Assembly (NCBI GenBank): GCA_942492995.1
Contig: OW818653.1
Location: 1,590,001 to 1,622,000 of the forward strand
Source of the DNA: an uncultured Erysipelotrichaceae bacterium
GTDB lineage: Bacteria; Bacillota_I; Bacilli_A; Erysipelotrichales; Erysipelotrichaceae
Reading direction: 5' to 3'
Length of the DNA: 32,000 nucleotides
Part shown: positions 28,200 to 32,000 of the stretch, in pieces
How positions within the stretch are numbered: position 1 is the stretch's first letter
Layout: every line of letters starts with the position of its first letter
Position numbers and translations under genes: made by a program
Notes under the pieces: generated by a model
The model's database searches: none
What the model saw: the letters and a program-made list of their open reading frames with translations, nothing else
Told to the model about the DNA's origin: nothing

Positions 28200-28760
28200 A
28201 TGAAATGTATTGTCGGATTGGGAAATCCAGGAAAAATGTATGAAAAAACACGACATAATGTCGGTTTTCGTGTTATCGATGCACTAATTCAAAGAGATAA
28301 TCTAAAAACGCAAACTAAATTTAAGAGTGAGATTGTACAAATTACGATTAATAACACACCAGTATTATTGGTTAAACCTCAAACATTTATGAATTTGTCA
28401 GGTGAAGCAGTACGTTTGGTGATGGATTTCTATAAAATAGATATCAAAGATATTCTTATTATCTATGATGATTTAGATTTACCTGTTGGTAAATTCAGAC
28501 TCAGAGAAAAGGGAAGTGCTGGCGGACATAATGGAATGAAGAGTTTAATTCAACATTTCTCTACACAAGAATTCCCGCGTTTACGCATAGGGATTGATAA
28601 GAATCCATTAATCCCAACGCCTGATTATGTATTAGGCAAATTCACTAAAGAAGATGAACCAATCTTATTATCTGCGATTGATAAAGCAGTAAGATGTTGC
28701 GAAGACTTCACAAAAATGAATTTTGTGGATCTTATGACAAAATATAACACACAAGAATGA
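28200..28760 (+). CDS. pth: peptidyl-tRNA hydrolase
   Basis: MKCIVGLGNPG..., TRHNVGF and GHNGMKS motifs. The start is ATG 28200 (or 28194). The TGA stop overlaps the mfd ATG (ATGA). Confidence 0.93.
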   Translation: MKCIVGLGNPGKMYEKTRHNVGFRVIDALIQRDNLKTQTKFKSEIVQITINNTPVLLVKPQTFMNLSGEAVRLVMDFYKIDIKDILIIYDDLDLPVGKFRLREKGSAGGHNGMKSLIQHFSTQEFPRLRIGIDKNPLIPTPDYVLGKFTKEDEPILLSAIDKAVRCCEDFTKMNFVDLMTKYNTQE

Positions 28761-31700
28761 AAGAAATAATTCAACTCCTTAGCTCAAATCAATTAATCCA
28801 AGACTTTTCCTTAGGTAAAGTCTCTTTTGCGCATCTATCGGTTACGCAAGAAGCACTATTGATCGCATCAAGTTATAAACAAACGCCACGTCCTATTGTG
28901 ATTATTAAGAGTAATCTATACCAGGCTCAACAACTTCATGAAAAAATACAGTTTTGGTTAGAAGATAAAGTTGTATTATTTCCAGTTGAAGAATCATTAC
29001 GTGTTGAGGCAATTGCCGCATCACCAGAAATCAATGCGATTCGTATGGAGACACTATCACGCTTAAGCATTGAAAAAGATTTAATCTGTGTAACACATGT
29101 TGGGGCAGCGATACGCCATTACCCTAATCCTAAGTTCTTTGATGAAAATCGAGTTGAATTGAAGTTAAATCAAATTATTCAGCTTGAACAACTTAAAGTA
29201 CAATTAAGAAATTTGGGTTATACCGAAGTAACTAAAGTAGATCAACCGAGTTGTTTCGCATCACGTGGGGGAATTGTGGATGTATATCCCATCAATACCG
29301 ACCAACCAATACGAATTGAATTCTTTGACCAAGAAATAGAAAGTATTCGTATTTTTGATATATCAACACAACGTACACAATCACTGATTGATCATATATC
29401 GATTCAACCATGTAGTGATTTAATCTTTTCAGATACGGAAATTGATGAAATTAAACAAAAAGTAGAAACACAACTTCAAAAAGAGAAGACATTAAAGAAA
29501 TACGATGCGTATTTAGAGTTAGAAGAGACCATCTTACGTGATATCGGATTAATCGAACATCATCTGAAAGAGAATCATCTTTATCGATACCGTGTTTTAA
29601 CACGTACACAAGGGCATCTTTTCCAATACTTTGATCATCCGCACATCATATTATCGTCAACCGAAGATGTGGATGAACACATTAAACGACTCCAAGAAGA
29701 AACGCTCGATTATCTCGTAGAATTATCTTCGCATAACCATGCGTTTGCGCTCTATGATGTGTTTAATCACTTATATGATCGTTTAGCAGGGTATAAACGC
29801 ATTGATTTTAGACGTTTTGAGACCAAGAGTTCACACGCAAGACTTCCATTTAGAGAATTGGATGTACCTCAAGAGAGTTTACTTCAACACGCTAAGGAAT
29901 TAAAAGAATATTCAGAGAAGATGTTGGTTATTTGTTGTCTTAAGGAACATGAAATCAAACAATTAATCCCAATGTTAGTTGATTTAAAAGTTCCATATTC
30001 AGTACGTCTCAAACAAACGAAGAATCCTCAACTTATTATCTTAAACCAAGATTTAGATGAAGGATTTGAAATACTTGATCCACAAATACGTGTATATGGT
30101 TCAAAAGAACTCTTTAATCATGCGGTTCATATTGGACGTTACCAAAGTAAATTTAAAGAAGCTGAAACCCTACATTCTTATCAAGAATTGGATAAAGGGG
30201 ATTATGTCGTACATCACCAATACGGTGTTGGACAATACATTGGGACGATAACCAAAGAAGTAAATGGAATACATCGTGATTTCTTGCATATCGTCTATCG
30301 TAATGATAGTAATCTTTTTGTGCCACTTGAACAATTTCAATTGGTGCGTAAATTTGTGTCGCGTGAAGGAGTAGTACCTAAACTACATACTCTAGGATCC
30401 AATGAATGGAAGAAGACAAAAGCGAAGATTAGAGAGAATGTTAAGGATATAGCAGAGAGACTCATCGAATTATATGGAACACGTGAGAATGAAATCGCGT
30501 ACCAATTCTCTGAAGATACCGAACTTCAAAAAGAATTTGAACGTGAGTTTGAATATCCTTTAACCCGTGACCAAGAACTTGCAGTGAATGATGTTAAAAA
30601 GGATATGATGGGTAAGAAACCAATGGATCGTCTCTTATGCGGAGATGTTGGATTTGGTAAAACAGAAGTCGCACTCAGAGCTGCGTTTAAAGCGGTTAGT
30701 GAGAAGAAACAAGTCGCATTCCTATGTCCAACGACCGTATTATCTGCGCAACATTATCGTACCTTCATGCATCGATTGGAGAATTTCCCAGTAAATGTGG
30801 CAGTTTTAAATCGTTTCGTCCCTGAATCTCACCAAAGAGAAATCGTAAAAGCAGTTAAAGCAGGTCAAATTGACATCCTTATCGGAACACATCGTATTCT
30901 ATCCAAAGATATCCAATTCAAAGACTTAGGTCTATTGGTTATCGATGAGGAACAACGTTTCGGAGTTGAACATAAAGAAAAAATCAAAGAAGTCAGAAAA
31001 TCTGTCCATGTATTATCCCTCAGCGCAACACCAATCCCAAGAACTTTACAAATGTCCTTGGTAGGAGTACGTTCACTTTCACAACTTGAAACTCCACCTT
31101 TGAATCGTTTACCGATTCTTACATACGTCATTGAAAAGAATAAATCCGTTATACGAGATGTTATTCAACGAGAATTATCTCGTAATGGTCAAGTTTTCTA
31201 CCTCTATAACAATGTCTCAGAAATTCATAATATCGCCCTTCAAATTGAAAAGGATATTCCAGATGCGAAAGTAGCGGTTGCGCATGGGCAGATGCATCGT
31301 GATGATATCGAAGATGTCATGTTAAGATTCACCAGTAATCAAGCCAATGTACTCGTTTGTACAACCATCGTAGAAACGGGGATTGATATACCGAATGCGA
31401 ATACCATTATCATCGATCAAGCCGATAAATTCGGATTATCACAGCTCTACCAAATAAAAGGTCGCGTTGGACGTAGTAATCGACTAGCTTATGCCTATTT
31501 AATGTATCAACCGAAAAAAGCACTCACAGAGATTGCCCAAAAACGTCTTCAATCAATTAAAGAATTTACTGAACTTGGAAGTGGTTATAAAATTGCGATG
31601 CGTGACTTAACCATTCGTGGAGCAGGGGAAATGTTAGGAGATATGCAGTCTGGATTCATCGACACCGTTGGGATTGATATGTACATTGAGATGTTAACGC

Positions 31701-32000
31701 AAGCAATTGAAGAAAAACGCACCGGAATTATTGTCGAAGATACAGAACCAGTAATCAAACAAACCATTCAAATCGATGGATACATTCCGCAACAATTCGA
31801 ACCGAAAGACTTTGAGAAACTATCCCTGTATCAACGCATTGATGATGCGAAGACGCAAAGCACTTTAGCTAAACTCCAGGAAGAAACGAAAGATTTATAT
31901 GGTAAACTCCCTAAATCAGTCGTATTATTGTTTGAAAAGAAACGTTGGGAACTATTATTAGAATCACCGTTTGTCCAAAGCTTCAAAGAACTTAAATCTG
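28757..32000 (+). CDS. mfd: transcription-repair coupling factor Mfd, 3'-truncated by window edge
   Basis: Absent from the ORF track (no stop in the window). I translated 1081 codons with no stop. Motifs: GDYVVHHQYGVGQY (RNAP-interaction domain), helicase motif I GDVGFGKTEVA, DEEQRFGV, LSATPIPRTL and QLYQIKGRVGRS. Confidence 0.95.
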   Translation, partial: MKEIIQLLSSNQLIQDFSLGKVSFAHLSVTQEALLIASSYKQTPRPIVIIKSNLYQAQQLHEKIQFWLEDKVVLFPVEESLRVEAIAASPEINAIRMETLSRLSIEKDLICVTHVGAAIRHYPNPKFFDENRVELKLNQIIQLEQLKVQLRNLGYTEVTKVDQPSCFASRGGIVDVYPINTDQPIRIEFFDQEIESIRIFDISTQRTQSLIDHISIQPCSDLIFSDTEIDEIKQKVETQLQKEKTLKKYDAYLELEETILRDIGLIEHHLKENHLYRYRVLTRTQGHLFQYFDHPHIILSSTEDVDEHIKRLQEETLDYLVELSSHNHAFALYDVFNHLYDRLAGYKRIDFRRFETKSSHARLPFRELDVPQESLLQHAKELKEYSEKMLVICCLKEHEIKQLIPMLVDLKVPYSVRLKQTKNPQLIILNQDLDEGFEILDPQIRVYGSKELFNHAVHIGRYQSKFKEAETLHSYQELDKGDYVVHHQYGVGQYIGTITKEVNGIHRDFLHIVYRNDSNLFVPLEQFQLVRKFVSREGVVPKLHTLGSNEWKKTKAKIRENVKDIAERLIELYGTRENEIAYQFSEDTELQKEFEREFEYPLTRDQELAVNDVKKDMMGKKPMDRLLCGDVGFGKTEVALRAAFKAVSEKKQVAFLCPTTVLSAQHYRTFMHRLENFPVNVAVLNRFVPESHQREIVKAVKAGQIDILIGTHRILSKDIQFKDLGLLVIDEEQRFGVEHKEKIKEVRKSVHVLSLSATPIPRTLQMSLVGVRSLSQLETPPLNRLPILTYVIEKNKSVIRDVIQRELSRNGQVFYLYNNVSEIHNIALQIEKDIPDAKVAVAHGQMHRDDIEDVMLRFTSNQANVLVCTTIVETGIDIPNANTIIIDQADKFGLSQLYQIKGRVGRSNRLAYAYLMYQPKKALTEIAQKRLQSIKEFTELGSGYKIAMRDLTIRGAGEMLGDMQSGFIDTVGIDMYIEMLTQAIEEKRTGIIVEDTEPVIKQTIQIDGYIPQQFEPKDFEKLSLYQRIDDAKTQSTLAKLQEETKDLYGKLPKSVVLLFEKKRWELLLESPFVQSFKELKS

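Noticed and set aside
30057-31767. Three tracked ORFs (30057-30251 +, 30865-31131 -, 31585-31767 -) in a region the track otherwise leaves empty
   Set aside because: The region is fully explained by a continuous 1081-codon mfd frame starting at 28757. That frame is absent from the track only because it has no stop codon within the window.

Overview
This window is the chromosomal replication-origin region of a low-GC, standard-code (TGA = stop, TGG = Trp) Firmicute-type genome. Gene order and motifs look Bacilli/Erysipelotrichia-like, but the species cannot be determined here. Right of oriC on the + strand are rpmH-rnpA-yidC-jag-pth-mfd. rpmH and the 3'-open mfd are missing from the ORF track and were found by reading the sequence. 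Left of oriC on the - strand are dnaA-dnaN-yaaA-recF-gyrB-gyrA, with DnaA-box clusters both upstream of dnaA and in the dnaA-dnaN spacer. Further left on the - strand lie a membrane GGDEF-hemerythrin diguanylate cyclase, a Ser T-box leader plus serS, a small SRP RNA (untracked) and tadA. Next comes a 5.9-kb four-gene accessory operon sitting where tadA/scr normally abut dnaX: a BcsA-like GT2 synthase with PilZ, an unknown signal-peptide/C-terminal-anchor protein, an MBOAT, and a DHHW/AlgJ-like acyltransferase. It is followed by dnaX-recR-fhs (no ybaB), an orphan 317-aa protein with a PUA/EVE-like N-terminus, a CYTH protein, NAD kinase and a 5'-truncated SEDS protein. The best candidate for a novel system is the c-di-GMP-gated, O-acetylating exopolysaccharide module together with the nearby hemerythrin-coupled cyclase. 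The orphan PUA-like protein is a second candidate, as a possible modification-sensing defence gene. No CRISPR arrays, tRNAs, rRNAs or mobile elements were seen. All family assignments rest on motifs read by eye, and no searches were run.
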